A stretch of DNA of 64,000 nucleotides, taken from Elusimicrobia bacterium RIFOXYD2_FULL_34_15 (GTDB lineage: Bacteria > Elusimicrobiota > UBA8919). The notes below the pieces were generated by a model. That model saw only the letters and a program-made list of their open reading frames with translations. It did not search any database and had not been told where the DNA came from. Shown here piece after piece: positions 54,843 through 64,000 of the stretch (position 1 is its first letter; each line of letters opens with the position of its first letter). The position numbers and the translations under genes are program-made. The stretch spans positions 12,694-76,693 of the forward strand of contig MGVS01000097.1 of assembly GCA_001800605.1 (NCBI GenBank), written 5' to 3'.

Positions 54843-56445
54843 ATTTGCTCATTTCGTATTTTCTTTGTTCATACGGCACGTACCATTCGCGAAAATTCCA
54901 GCCTACGCCTGCGGGTGCAACTTCCGGCCCGGTAAATTTTTTATGGATTACAGGAAGTGCATCCGGAACATACAAAAATGTATACGGTTGTTCATCAGCA
55001 AGTATTTTATGTATTCGCTGGTATATCTTCTGTCTCTTCTTTTCATCAAATATTCTTCGTCCATCTTCAAGAAGCTTATCTACTTCTTTATTTTCATAAT
55101 TTACAAAATTATATTGTCCTTCTTTTTTTTGAGACGAATGCCAAAGTGCATATTGGTCAGGATCCCTTGAGAGGTTCCATCCCAAAATAACCGCATCAAA
55201 ATTCTTTTTATCCACATATTGATGAATAAATGTTGACCACTCCAAAATCCTGATATTAACTTTTATTCCTACTTTTTTAAGATGTTCCTGAATTAATTCA
55301 CAGGCAACGGACCTTGATTTATTCCCCTGATTGGTTATTATTGTAAACTCAAACTTTTTACCGTCTTTATCAAGCCAGCCGTCTTTATTATAATCACTCC
55401 ATCCGTATTTTTTAAATATATTTTTTGCTTTTTCTATATTATATTCATAATCTTTTACTTCAGGATTATATGCCCATGACGTCGGAGGATAAGGACCTGT
55501 TGCAGGCAAACCATAACCAAGCAGAATACCATCTACAATTTCTTTTTTGTTTATTGAATATGCAATTGCCTGTCTGATTTCTTTTTCATTAAAAAGCTGA
55601 TTTAAAAGATTGTAACCAAGATATGTAAAACCAAAAGTAGGATATTTGAACTTACTGTAGTTTTTAAAATAACTTTTATATGCGTTATATTGGTCAGGCG
55701 TTAAATTCATTGAATCAATAGTTTCATTGCGTAACTCCAGAAACTGGACTGACTGGTCGGGTATAATTCGATAGATGTATTTCGAAAGATAAGGCCTGCC
55801 TTCAAAATAATCAGAATTTGCTTCAAGAACTATTTTTTCGTCTGTTTTCCATTCAACAAATTTATAATATCCGGTACCGATAGGTTTTCTGTTTGCAGGA
55901 TGTGTATTAAAATCTCCTTTTTCAAATATATGTTTGGGTATTATTCCCATTCCCCATGAAATAAGCCCCGGTGAAAAAGGTTCCTTATAAACAATTCTTA
56001 TTTTATACGGATTAATAATCTCAAATTTCTTAACAATTTCGAAATCGGACGAATACGGTGTTTTTACTTTCGGGTCAACCAGTTTTTTATAAGTGAACTC
56101 TACATCTTCTGCTGTAAATGATTTGCCGTCGTGCCATTTAACATTTTTTTTTAAATTAAATATTATAATCTTTCCGTCTTCAGATACACTCCACGATTCC
56201 GCCAAATCTCCAATTATTTTTATATTTTTATCATATTTTACAAGCCCGTTGAAAATAAGATTATTTATATCTCCTGAAGCTGAATCGGAAGCTAAAATAG
56301 GATTAAGATATGTTGCATCCCCAATTGACGATTCTACATAATAATCACCGTATTTATCATCTTTTTCCGCTGATTTTACAGGTTCTGATTTTTTACATCC
56401 TATCAAATTTAAAGAAAAAAAAAGCAATAAAATTATTTTTATCAT
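54841..56445 (-). CDS. oppA: Oligopeptide-binding lipoprotein OppA (SBP family 5)
   Basis: 534 aa. Lipobox LIGC at the N-terminus. Family 5 solute-binding fold. Confidence 0.85.
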   Translation of the reverse strand: MIKIILLLFFSLNLIGCKKSEPVKSAEKDDKYGDYYVESSIGDATYLNPILASDSASGDINNLIFNGLVKYDKNIKIIGDLAESWSVSEDGKIIIFNLKKNVKWHDGKSFTAEDVEFTYKKLVDPKVKTPYSSDFEIVKKFEIINPYKIRIVYKEPFSPGLISWGMGIIPKHIFEKGDFNTHPANRKPIGTGYYKFVEWKTDEKIVLEANSDYFEGRPYLSKYIYRIIPDQSVQFLELRNETIDSMNLTPDQYNAYKSYFKNYSKFKYPTFGFTYLGYNLLNQLFNEKEIRQAIAYSINKKEIVDGILLGYGLPATGPYPPTSWAYNPEVKDYEYNIEKAKNIFKKYGWSDYNKDGWLDKDGKKFEFTIITNQGNKSRSVACELIQEHLKKVGIKVNIRILEWSTFIHQYVDKKNFDAVILGWNLSRDPDQYALWHSSQKKEGQYNFVNYENKEVDKLLEDGRRIFDEKKRQKIYQRIHKILADEQPYTFLYVPDALPVIHKKFTGPEVAPAGVGWNFREWYVPYEQRKYEMSK

Positions 56446-56488
56446 TATTATATTTTTTAATCAGTTTTCATCGTTTTTTAAAATCTGA

Positions 56489-57145
56489 CTAAATCGTCTT
56501 TCCCTTTTTCTCAGAATTGCGGTGTCTTAGATACTCAATTACACCGGGTATAACCGAAAGTATGATTATAGCTAAAATGACAAGGGTAAAGTTACGCTTA
56601 ACTACAGGAATATTACCAAAATAGTATCCGCCAAATAGAAAAATTGCAATCCAGGAAATACCACCCACAATGTTATAAACCAAAAATCTAAAATAAGTCA
56701 TTGCACCTATGCCTGCAACGAAAGGTGCAAATGTGCGAATTATCGGTATAAATCTTGCTATTATTATGGTTTTCCCGCCATATTTTTCATAGAATTTATG
56801 TGTTCGCTCAAGATGTTCTTTTTTGAAAAATTTATTATTTTCATAATGAAAAACTTTTGGACCTAAATAATTTCCAATCCAGTAATTTACAGTATCTCCT
56901 GCTATTGCAGCCACACTTAGTAAACCAAATAAAATCCAAGGATTAAAAGCTCCGGTTGCCGCAAATGCACCGGCTGCAAATAGGAGCGAATCGCCGGGCA
57001 AAAACGGCAGTATAACCAAACCAGTCTCACAAAATATTATTAAAAACAATATTAAATATGTCCATAAACCAAAATTCTGTATTATCTGACTAAGATACTT
57101 GTCTAAATGTAAAAAAACATTGATAAAACTTTTAATAATTTCCAT
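56489..57145 (-). CDS. DedA / VTT-domain membrane protein
   Basis: 218 aa polytopic protein. DedA family. Confidence 0.8.
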   Translation of the reverse strand: MEIIKSFINVFLHLDKYLSQIIQNFGLWTYLILFLIIFCETGLVILPFLPGDSLLFAAGAFAATGAFNPWILFGLLSVAAIAGDTVNYWIGNYLGPKVFHYENNKFFKKEHLERTHKFYEKYGGKTIIIARFIPIIRTFAPFVAGIGAMTYFRFLVYNIVGGISWIAIFLFGGYYFGNIPVVKRNFTLVILAIIILSVIPGVIEYLRHRNSEKKGKTI

Positions 57146-57188
57146 GTATTACTTTCTCCTTAAAATAAGAATTTTTTAAAGCAGTGAA

Positions 57189-58517
57189 TTATTTTAATAT
57201 GAGCGTTGTTGTTTTCTGAGGGTTATAGAATTTTTCAGCAGCTGTTTTTATATCGGCAATTGTAACTGCATCGATATCATCCAAATATTTACTATCGTAT
57301 TCATAACCCTTCCCCATAACTTCCCAAAAGCCGTTCCACCATCCCTGCCTTTGAATTGTCCTATGGTCCATTAAAAAGGTTCCTTTTAAATATACCTTTG
57401 CATTTTTAAGTTCTTCTTCTGAAACCTCTGAAAACTTTTTCATCTCTTCATCAAACGCTTTTTCTACTATTTCAAGATTTTCCTTTGACATTCCTGCATA
57501 AAAAACAAAATCGCTTATTTCTTTTCTTGTCGGATAAAACGAATCGGCTTCATACACCAATCCATTTTGCTCACGCAAAGCATTAAATAATCTCGAACCC
57601 ATTCCACCGCCAACCACGGTATTTATAACTTTAAAAACCACATATTCATTTTGGCTGATATCCGGTGCAAGAAAACCGGTAAAAATATATGCCTGATGGA
57701 ATTTACTTTGAGATATTTCTCTAACCGGTTTATTTTGAGTGATTTTATAGGTTACAGTTCCTAGAAACACATCTTCTGCACCTATAATCTTTATATTTTT
57801 GAAATATTTTTCGACAATTTGTTTTGCTTTATCAAAATTAATATCCCCATTAATACTTAATATCATATTCTCCGGTTTAAAATTTTTTCTATAAATATCC
57901 GATATCTGAGAAATGGTGAGCGATGAAACACTGGATTCGTAACCACTGATAGGCCTATGATACGGATGTTTTTTAAAAATCAACTCATTAAATTGGTCAT
58001 AGGAAATAGAAAAAATATGATCTATCTTTGATTTAATACCGGCGATTGTCCTTACTTTTTCTTTTTCAAACTCATTTTCAGGAAACGTCGGATTATTTAC
58101 AATATCAGCAAAAATATCAAAAGCTGTATCAATATTTTCAGAAGGTACAATTAGCGAAACTTCGGAATAATTATTTGAACAACCCGCTGAAATTGTTGCA
58201 CCGATAGATTCTGTTTCTTCTGCTATCTTTTCCGAATCACGATTGACAGTACCTTTTATCAATATCTGAGTCATCAAACTTGTAACACCTGCTTCTTCGT
58301 CTTTTTCGTTTATGTTACCGCCTTTTATAAACAGATTTACGCTTACTAATCCTACTTTCTCTTTTTCCTGATGAATAAATGTAAATCCATTCTCAAACTG
58401 TACTCTCTTGGTTTCGCAATATAAATTACCAACAGCAAACACTAAAAGGCTTATAGCAACTAAAAACCTTAAAACCTGCGTACTGTGTACTGTATACTGT
58501 ATACTGTTTTTATTCAT
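57189..58517 (-). CDS. M16-family peptidase, non-catalytic partner (no HxxEH motif)
   Basis: 442 aa. Insulinase-like fold. The ATG overlaps the upstream gene's TGA in an ATGA arrangement. The N-terminal coding region contains the 7-mer tandem repeat at 58478-58507. Confidence 0.75.
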   Translation of the reverse strand: MNKNSIQYTVHSTQVLRFLVAISLLVFAVGNLYCETKRVQFENGFTFIHQEKEKVGLVSVNLFIKGGNINEKDEEAGVTSLMTQILIKGTVNRDSEKIAEETESIGATISAGCSNNYSEVSLIVPSENIDTAFDIFADIVNNPTFPENEFEKEKVRTIAGIKSKIDHIFSISYDQFNELIFKKHPYHRPISGYESSVSSLTISQISDIYRKNFKPENMILSINGDINFDKAKQIVEKYFKNIKIIGAEDVFLGTVTYKITQNKPVREISQSKFHQAYIFTGFLAPDISQNEYVVFKVINTVVGGGMGSRLFNALREQNGLVYEADSFYPTRKEISDFVFYAGMSKENLEIVEKAFDEEMKKFSEVSEEELKNAKVYLKGTFLMDHRTIQRQGWWNGFWEVMGKGYEYDSKYLDDIDAVTIADIKTAAEKFYNPQKTTTLILK

Positions 58518-59875
58518 GGCGCCATTATTACCGTTGGAATATTAGGAAATACTAAATATTTAGAAATAACTTTTTTTATATCTTTTATTTCTACTTCCTT
58601 AATCTTTTTTACATAATTATCAGATATTTTTTCAATACCCAATACCGCATAAAAACCCAATTCCCCTGCTTTACCATCCGATGTCTGTGCTTCTAAAAGC
58701 TTATCTCTTATTAAAAGCACTTTTGCTCTATTAAGTTCCTCTTCAGTGACTTGATTTATTGAAAGGTCCAATAATTCAAGTAAAATGCTATTTGATAAAT
58801 TGGATACCTTTTCCGGATTACATTCTCCGTATATATGAAATAACCCTGGACCTCTTTGAGTAGAAAATGAACAAGATATATTTAATGCAAGTTTTGTTTT
58901 TTCAACAAGCTTTTTATTTAAGCGTGAAGCCCTGCCCGCTCCCAAAATGTATGATGCAACATCCAAAGAATATTGTTCACTGCTATCTGCCGGTGCTGCC
59001 GTAAAACCCATCAATATATATCCCTGAGAAACATCTCTTTTAATTATTTTTTTTGCCAAATCTTTTTTATTTTTCGGTTTTAACATTACCGATTTATTTT
59101 TTTCTTTTTTAACTTTTGGAAGCGCTCCAAAATTACTCTCAATTAGATCCATCATTTCTTTTTTAGCAAAATTTCCCGTGATTACTACAAAAATATTTCC
59201 GGATACATAAAACTTATTATGAAATGCAAGCAAATCTTCCCTTTTTAATTTTGAAACGGTCTCTTCAGTGCCTATTACCCGTCTGGCGTATGGTGACTGC
59301 TGATACACTTGTTCATAAAATTCGTCAAAAAGCTGAGATTGCGGATTATCATCTTTTCTCTTTACCTCTTCCAAGACCACCTGGCGTTCTTTTTCAATTT
59401 CTGTTTCCGGAAACGCAGGATTTAATACCACATCCCCTAAAATTTCAAATGCTTTTAAACAGTAACTGCTTGGTACAAGCGTATAGAAAAAAGTATAATC
59501 TTTAGAAGTCGCTGCATTAATTACACCACCCAATCTTTCTATTTCAGGCGCCACGTCTTTTTGCCCTCTTGTTTTTGTTCCTTTGAAAATTGTATGTTCT
59601 ATGTAATGTGAAATTCCGGAATTTATAGCATCCTCGTCAACCGAACCTACTGCAACCCATATTTGAATCGCTGTCAACAAAGAGGACGGATCGTTATCAA
59701 AAATTACACTTACACCATTTTTAAGTTTTGTATTTGATGCATTGGCAAAGGCAGGCAAAGCAAAGATAGGTATTAATGCTATAGTAGAAAACAAATATAG
59801 TAATTTTTTCTTTAAAATCATTTTTTTGGAATTTACCCCGTGTGAAAATGTAGTTACATAATGCTTATAAAACAT
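58514..59875 (-). CDS. M16-family zinc peptidase (HxxEH active site)
   Basis: 453 aa. HYIEHTIFKGT is the inverted zincin motif. Signal-peptide-like N-terminus. An alternative start is at 59821 (MILKKK). Confidence 0.85.
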   Translation of the reverse strand: MFYKHYVTTFSHGVNSKKMILKKKLLYLFSTIALIPIFALPAFANASNTKLKNGVSVIFDNDPSSLLTAIQIWVAVGSVDEDAINSGISHYIEHTIFKGTKTRGQKDVAPEIERLGGVINAATSKDYTFFYTLVPSSYCLKAFEILGDVVLNPAFPETEIEKERQVVLEEVKRKDDNPQSQLFDEFYEQVYQQSPYARRVIGTEETVSKLKREDLLAFHNKFYVSGNIFVVITGNFAKKEMMDLIESNFGALPKVKKEKNKSVMLKPKNKKDLAKKIIKRDVSQGYILMGFTAAPADSSEQYSLDVASYILGAGRASRLNKKLVEKTKLALNISCSFSTQRGPGLFHIYGECNPEKVSNLSNSILLELLDLSINQVTEEELNRAKVLLIRDKLLEAQTSDGKAGELGFYAVLGIEKISDNYVKKIKEVEIKDIKKVISKYLVFPNIPTVIMAP

Positions 59876-59911
59876 TTGTTAATTTCTATAAAAATTTATT
59901 TACAACATTTT

Positions 59912-60352
59912 CTAACGGGCTTTCTTTGCTTTCTTTACTTTTGATTTTTTCGTTTTTGTTGTTTTTTTCTTTGTCTTAACTGATTTTTTTGTAACTGCTT
60001 TTTTACCTTTCATTTCAGCATCAATAATATCAACTGCTTTTTCTGCTTTTGATTTTTCAGCAGCTATAAAAACAACAGTATCATTCTTTTTACATGAAAA
60101 TTCTTTTTCTATTGCTGATTTTTCTTTACTTGTTATACCGTAATGAGGAAGCTCATCGGTTGAAATAAAACCGGCAATTTTTGCACTTTTTGAAATCTTT
60201 TTCTGTAATTCATCAGATAATTTTATATCTTTTACCAGTAATCCTGCTTTTCCTTCTACTTTGATTCCTAACACTATACTGCCAGAAGATATAAGATTTT
60301 TTATTATATTCGATTCTGTATTTTTAAATATTTTGGTAATATCTTTTATCAT
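59912..60352 (-). CDS. Hypothetical protein with a lysine-rich histone H1-like C-terminal tail
   Basis: About 146 aa. The C-terminus is KKAVTKKSVKTKKKTTKTKKSKVKKAKKAR. The track start at 60376 reads into the repeat, so the likely start is MIKDITK at 60352. Confidence 0.55.
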   Translation of the reverse strand: MIKDITKIFKNTESNIIKNLISSGSIVLGIKVEGKAGLLVKDIKLSDELQKKISKSAKIAGFISTDELPHYGITSKEKSAIEKEFSCKKNDTVVFIAAEKSKAEKAVDIIDAEMKGKKAVTKKSVKTKKKTTKTKKSKVKKAKKAR

Positions 60353-60364
60353 CTTTCCCCCCGA

Positions 60365-60550
60365 AGGTCTCGCCAACGCTTTAGTGGTGGACCGAAGGTT
60401 CGCTTATCCCCCTGCGAACCGTAGGCCTCGCCAATGGTTTAGTGGCGGGCTCATTTAAATAATCTGTGTAATCTTGCACTCGAAGTTCGTACCCACTGGA
60501 ACGAACAAGACTGCAATTCCGATTTATCGGAATAATACCTCTTCATCTGC
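60365..60550. repeat. GC-rich palindromic element (60365-60455) followed by a composite element homologous to 660-845: ATCTGTGTAATC at 60462-60473, then TTCCGAT-TT-ATCGGAA and ATAATACCTCTT
   Basis: The inverted repeat covaries with the copy at 815-832 (TCCCGAT-TT-ATCGGGA). Confidence 0.7.
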
Positions 60551-60554
60551 TTCA

Positions 60555-60794
60555 TCATATTGCGGTAGTTACCAATGTTTCGGTAGTAGCAACACCAGAA
60601 TTGGCACGTATTTTATGTACAACTAATGACGTCAATTCCTGAATACTGCTTGCTTCAACATCTATTACTAAATCCCATCTGCCCAATACTGCACTTATGT
60701 GAGTAATACCTCTGATGCTTTTCAACTTATTAAGCGTTTGTTTTTCTTTACCTACAACAAGACGAACAAGTACAAGACCGGAAGCCATCGCCAT
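60555..60794 (-). CDS. Stand-alone RAM-domain protein (Lrp/AsnC C-terminal ligand-binding domain)
   Basis: About 79 aa. GLVLVRLVVGKE...AVLGRWDLVIDVEA...VATTETLVT fits the AsnC_trans_reg fold. GGGAGG lies 8 nt upstream of the ATG at 60794. Confidence 0.65.
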   Translation of the reverse strand: MAMASGLVLVRLVVGKEKQTLNKLKSIRGITHISAVLGRWDLVIDVEASSIQELTSLVVHKIRANSGVATTETLVTTAI

Positions 60795-60960
60795 TATTCT
60801 CACCTCCCAAATATTCACTCAGGATCTCGTTTCGTCAGCACACGGTCCCCTGGTGGGGCCGTCCCCACTCGTTCCGCTGAATGCGTAAGCGGAACTCCGT
60901 GAGGGCATTCCTCAACGAATCCCTCGTTCACCATTATAAGTCAAAATCTAAATTTCTGCT
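60795..60960 (-). ncRNA. Candidate structured 5' leader (unclassified possible riboswitch) of the RAM-domain gene
   Basis: Minus strand reads TATAATggtgaacgagggattcgttgagg...GTTCCGCttacgcattcaGCGGAAC...GTGGGGacggCCCCAC...GGGAGGtgagaataATG. About 55% GC with several perfect hairpins between a -10-like box and the SD. Confidence 0.2.
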
Positions 60961-61003
60961 TCGCTCACCATTAAAGACTAACCTCTCTGCCTTTCTCCCT
61001 TTT

Positions 61004-61108
61004 CCACCACTAAGACTTTGGCGGACCCGCCTATGGTTCAGTGGCGGGCTACCCTTTTACCTTTTACTCGTTACTCCCGCCATAGGCGGGCAAGCATTAC
61101 CCATTACT
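61004..61108. repeat. GC-rich palindromic elements (ccaccactaagactttggcggacccgcctatggttcagtggcggg ... cccgccataggcgggc) with ttactcgttac / ttacccattac tails
   Basis: Family of 10520-10592, plus the ttacYcRttac module. Confidence 0.7.
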
Positions 61109-61753
61109 TGCCTTTATTCCTATATCTACGACAAAAACCTTGCCTGAATATTTTTTCCCGTCATTTATAAGCAAACCTTTTTTTATTGCTGCCATTGTTA
61201 CGGTAATTTTTGCTTTTATTGCAGCCCCTAAATTAAACCCTGTATCTGCATCTATACCTGACGGAATATCTACCGATACAACATTTTTTCTTAGTGAATT
61301 TATTTTTTCAATTATTTTCTTATAAGGCTCCCGTAATCCGCCATTGGCTCCTGTTCCAAGTAATGCATCAACAATTAAATCGGTTTTTAAAACTTTTACC
61401 GGTTCAGATATTTTAATTACCGGTATTTTTAATTTTTCTAATATTTTAAGATTTATCAAAGCATCACCGGCATATTTATTTCTTTTCTGAGCTATATAAA
61501 CTTTTACTTTTACATTATTATTATAAAGATGTCTTGCTATTACAAAACCGTCGCCGCCGTTATTACCGCCGCCGCAGAAAATAGCAACATTTCTTGGGTG
61601 AAACTTGCTGCTTAAAATGATTCCTGCGGTATTCTTTCCTGCATTTTCCATCAGCACAATTGACGGAATTAAATATTTTTCTGTGGCTTTCTTGTCAAAA
61701 TTTCGTGCTTCAGCTGAAGAAACTATTTTGTTTCTCTTAATATTTTTGCGCAT
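61097..61753 (-). CDS. nnrE: NAD(P)H-hydrate epimerase (YjeF N-terminal domain)
   Basis: 218 aa. CGGGNNGGDG motif. Confidence 0.8.
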   Translation of the reverse strand: MRKNIKRNKIVSSAEARNFDKKATEKYLIPSIVLMENAGKNTAGIILSSKFHPRNVAIFCGGGNNGGDGFVIARHLYNNNVKVKVYIAQKRNKYAGDALINLKILEKLKIPVIKISEPVKVLKTDLIVDALLGTGANGGLREPYKKIIEKINSLRKNVVSVDIPSGIDADTGFNLGAAIKAKITVTMAAIKKGLLINDGKKYSGKVFVVDIGIKASNG

Positions 61754-62739
61754 ATTTCAGGTAAAAGCGGCTGGATATGACATCCGGAACCCCATTCAAA
61801 ACCCGTAACTTCACTAATCTGAGGATACACCTCTATGTGCCAGTGATAATCTTCTCTTATTGTCTTCCAATAACCCTGCCTAGGTCTTAAATACGGAATT
61901 GTATGTAAAATATAATTTAAAGGCGGATCTTTTAACGCAGTAGAAATTCTAGCCAAAGATACTTTCAAAATTTGTGCCAGGTTTTTAAGCGAAGATTCAC
62001 TTTCCCAGCAATAATCAGCATTATGATTTTTCGGCATAATAGCTAATTCGAACGCAAATTTTGTCGCGAACGGAACAAATGCTATATAATCAGGATTTTC
62101 TTCTACTATGCGTATTTTGTCTCTTTGCTCCTGCCTTATTATATCGCAGAAAAGACACCTTTCTTTATAAGAATAATACTCCTTCGAAGATAACAACTCA
62201 TCTTTCACAGCTTTTGGTGTAAGCGGTAATGCTGCTAATTGCGAATGGGTATGCCCATATCTAAATGGAGATTTTGGTCTCTGATTCTTAAATATTAAAA
62301 CATATTTTAGACGTTCGTCATTATTCAAATCCCTTATCCTGGTCTGATAAACTTTCAATACAGTTAAAATCTGATCAATAGGAAGTTCGCAGATATTTTT
62401 TACATGCTGCGGCGATTCTATAATAAGTTCGTGTGCGCCGATATTGTTCATCAAATCATAAATTCCTCTTCCAACTTTACCAACTTCACCTTCTATTTTA
62501 AAAACCGCTGATTTCGAAGGAACCACCCTAACCTGCCATCCGGATGTATTAGATCTCGTATCATATCTTCTTATCGAATATATTTCAGGAAGTGTCTGGG
62601 ATTCATGCCCTTCACAAAAAAAACATTCCTCAGCTTCTTCTCTGGGTTTTGGATTTATTGATGCTAAAAATTCTTCTTCTGTTTGGGTACCGGTAATTAC
62701 CCATCTCTGCGATATTAAATCCTTGCGTAATTCAGGCAT
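61723..62739 (-). CDS. galT: Galactose-1-phosphate uridylyltransferase (HIT-like)
   Basis: 338 aa. Cys/His zinc site CxxC, an HxH motif and a duplicated HIT fold. Confidence 0.8.
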   Translation of the reverse strand: MPELRKDLISQRWVITGTQTEEEFLASINPKPREEAEECFFCEGHESQTLPEIYSIRRYDTRSNTSGWQVRVVPSKSAVFKIEGEVGKVGRGIYDLMNNIGAHELIIESPQHVKNICELPIDQILTVLKVYQTRIRDLNNDERLKYVLIFKNQRPKSPFRYGHTHSQLAALPLTPKAVKDELLSSKEYYSYKERCLFCDIIRQEQRDKIRIVEENPDYIAFVPFATKFAFELAIMPKNHNADYCWESESSLKNLAQILKVSLARISTALKDPPLNYILHTIPYLRPRQGYWKTIREDYHWHIEVYPQISEVTGFEWGSGCHIQPLLPEICAKILRETK

Positions 62740-62884
62740 AGTTTCTCCCTCGCCCCATTAGAGAATGTCGTTAATTGACTGGTTGAGATTATTGTAATTA
62801 TATATATTCTATAAAGTTCATTCTCGTACGGGGTAGAAAAATTATATATTTTTTTACTGTTTATGTCAACCATACTGCAGCAAC

Positions 62885-62917
62885 TTATAACCTATAACCG
62901 ATAACCTATAACTTTAT
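62885..62917. repeat. Tandem 7-mer repeats (TATAACC x2, GATAACC, TATAACT)
   Basis: Read directly from the sequence. Upstream of the nfi gene. Confidence 0.6.
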
Positions 62918-62973
62918 AAATGCTTTAAACCATGAACTATCGCACCATCCTACCATCCCACAATCGCACTATT

Positions 62974-63690
62974 TTATTTATTTGCTTCATTATGTGCCAA
63001 CCGCGTTGGTTCCGGAATCCGATATTTTGTAAGACATTTAAATATTATATCCGAACTTATTCTTAGACCCATTCTGTGCCCTTGCGAAATAAATATCGGT
63101 TTTGTATATACCCGCGAACGCATGCAGGTTCCAATTAATGTACCTGCTTCATCCTTTAAAAAAGTATACGCGCCTTTTAAACCAGGCGGCGGTTCTTCAT
63201 ACTCACCGTATAAAAGAGATTTTGCACAACCAATAGACGGCTTATCAAGTATAACACCTAAATGAGACGCAATACCGAAACCTCTCGGATGAGCAATACC
63301 CTGCCCGTCAAAAACAAAAACATCCGGTTCAATTTTTAATCTCTTGATTGCTTCTAATAACGGCGGCCCTTCTCTGAATGAAAGATAACCAGGAATATAA
63401 GGAAAAGTAAATTCACCTTTATATTTAATTTTTACTTTCTCTAAAACTTTTAGAGTATTAAAATCTAAAACAACGATTGCAGCATAAATCTCGGATTTAC
63501 CCCCGCTTTCGCAGTAGGACTCATTTTTGGAATATGAAATATCACAACCCGCTATTGTTTTAATTTGTAAAACATCTTCAAAATCACTTCTCGGAATCAT
63601 CTTTTTCGAAAGATTCTGCTGAATAATTTTTGCTTCTCTTACATCCATAGGTATTTCAAATTTATTTTTTATTTTCATAATTCCTGACAC
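62974..63690 (-). CDS. nfi: Endonuclease V (deoxyinosine 3' endonuclease)
   Basis: 238 aa. Conserved ...AGCDISY...VLD... and GIAHPRGFGIASHLGV blocks. Confidence 0.9.
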   Translation of the reverse strand: MSGIMKIKNKFEIPMDVREAKIIQQNLSKKMIPRSDFEDVLQIKTIAGCDISYSKNESYCESGGKSEIYAAIVVLDFNTLKVLEKVKIKYKGEFTFPYIPGYLSFREGPPLLEAIKRLKIEPDVFVFDGQGIAHPRGFGIASHLGVILDKPSIGCAKSLLYGEYEEPPPGLKGAYTFLKDEAGTLIGTCMRSRVYTKPIFISQGHRMGLRISSDIIFKCLTKYRIPEPTRLAHNEANK

Positions 63691-64000
63691 CAGCCGTTTG
63701 TTAAATTCAATTTATCCACAATTCCCAAAACATTTGAATATTCTTTTTGCGTTATCTTTCTTTCCAATTCGGCGTATTCTTTAGTTCTATTTGCCGGATG
63801 ATATTGAGCCATAACTGAAATGTATGCCTGGGGTGATATTTCTTTAGCAATAAATTCAAAAACTTTCTTTGAACCCGAAATATCGTCCGGTAAAACCAGA
63901 TGCCGTATTAATAATCCCCTAACAGCAATTTTATTTTTAATTTCAAGATTTCCGACCTGCCTATACATCTCTTTAAGTGCAAGCTTGTTTATCTCCCAGT
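63675..64000 (-). CDS. Radical-SAM PflX-like protein, C-terminal part (gene continues beyond window end)
   Basis: RGLLIRHLVLP...YISVMAQYHPA...NGWCQEL matches the C-terminus of PflX-type radical SAM activases. The upstream portion lies outside the window. Confidence 0.45.
   Translation of the reverse strand, partial: WEINKLALKEMYRQVGNLEIKNKIAVRGLLIRHLVLPDDISGSKKVFEFIAKEISPQAYISVMAQYHPANRTKEYAELERKITQKEYSNVLGIVDKLNLTNGWCQEL

Noticed and set aside
1-64000. Transposases, integrases, phage structural genes and restriction-modification or other known multi-gene defence systems
   Set aside because: No such ORFs were recognised in any frame. Apart from MntA/HepT, the only mobile-looking features are non-autonomous repeats.

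Overview
This is an AT-rich chromosomal segment, roughly 30% GC by eye, from a diderm (Gram-negative-type) bacterium. Almost every gene lies on the minus strand.

Gene content, read in the direction of transcription (high to low coordinates):
- A radical-SAM C-terminal fragment, endonuclease V, galT and nnrE.
- A small RAM-domain protein and a lysine-tailed protein.
- An M16 peptidase pair and a DedA membrane protein.
- An oppABCD-[two L,D-transpeptidase paralogs]-oppF operon.
- A CCA-adding enzyme, a GAF-PAS sensor, tRNA-Gly(CCC), a small GIY-YIG protein and an HAD phosphatase.
- A repeat-flanked block of RNA and DNA nuclease genes: GIY-YIG/DUF4357-like, RNase J-like, PIN-PhoH2 and a PHP phosphoesterase.
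- A corrinoid salvage and uptake operon, cobO-btuFCD-cobU-[Dph6-like PP-loop ATPase]-cobT-cobS, followed by a cobalamin riboswitch and btuB.
- An HD-GYP protein, prfB (with its programmed +1 frameshift, which the ORF track misses), a lone REC domain, lysS, lolED and clpC.
- tamB, bamA, skp, lpxD, a fused lpxC-fabZ, lpxA and lpxI.
- A TMTC-like GT-C/TPR membrane protein operon with an HExxH protease.
- A plus-strand MntA/HepT toxin-antitoxin pair.
- An FMN riboswitch followed by ribD-ribE-ribBA-ribH-nusB, and the start of ligA.

The most unusual layer is non-coding.
- Several families of GC-rich palindromic repeat elements sit at nearly every gene junction. They often create false N-terminal extensions in the ORF track. 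At least one is inserted in frame inside the CCA-adding enzyme gene, in the manner of a Rickettsia palindromic element.
- A highly over-represented 12-mer, ATCTGTGTAATC, occurs 10 times at 7 loci. Where it is tandem, the copies are 21-22 bp apart.
- 7-mer tandem repeats sit at operon junctions.
- There is a MITE-like element with 10-bp terminal inverted repeats.
- Two gene blocks are bracketed by near-identical direct repeats of about 60 nt.
- Two structured RNAs are confidently recognised: an FMN riboswitch and a cobalamin riboswitch.
- Three further GC-rich candidate structured RNAs are proposed. One is a riboswitch-like leader with an intrinsic terminator in front of the corrinoid salvage operon.

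The fused LpxC-FabZ and the low GC suggest a Bacteroidota-like lineage, possibly a host-associated one. This is inference only.
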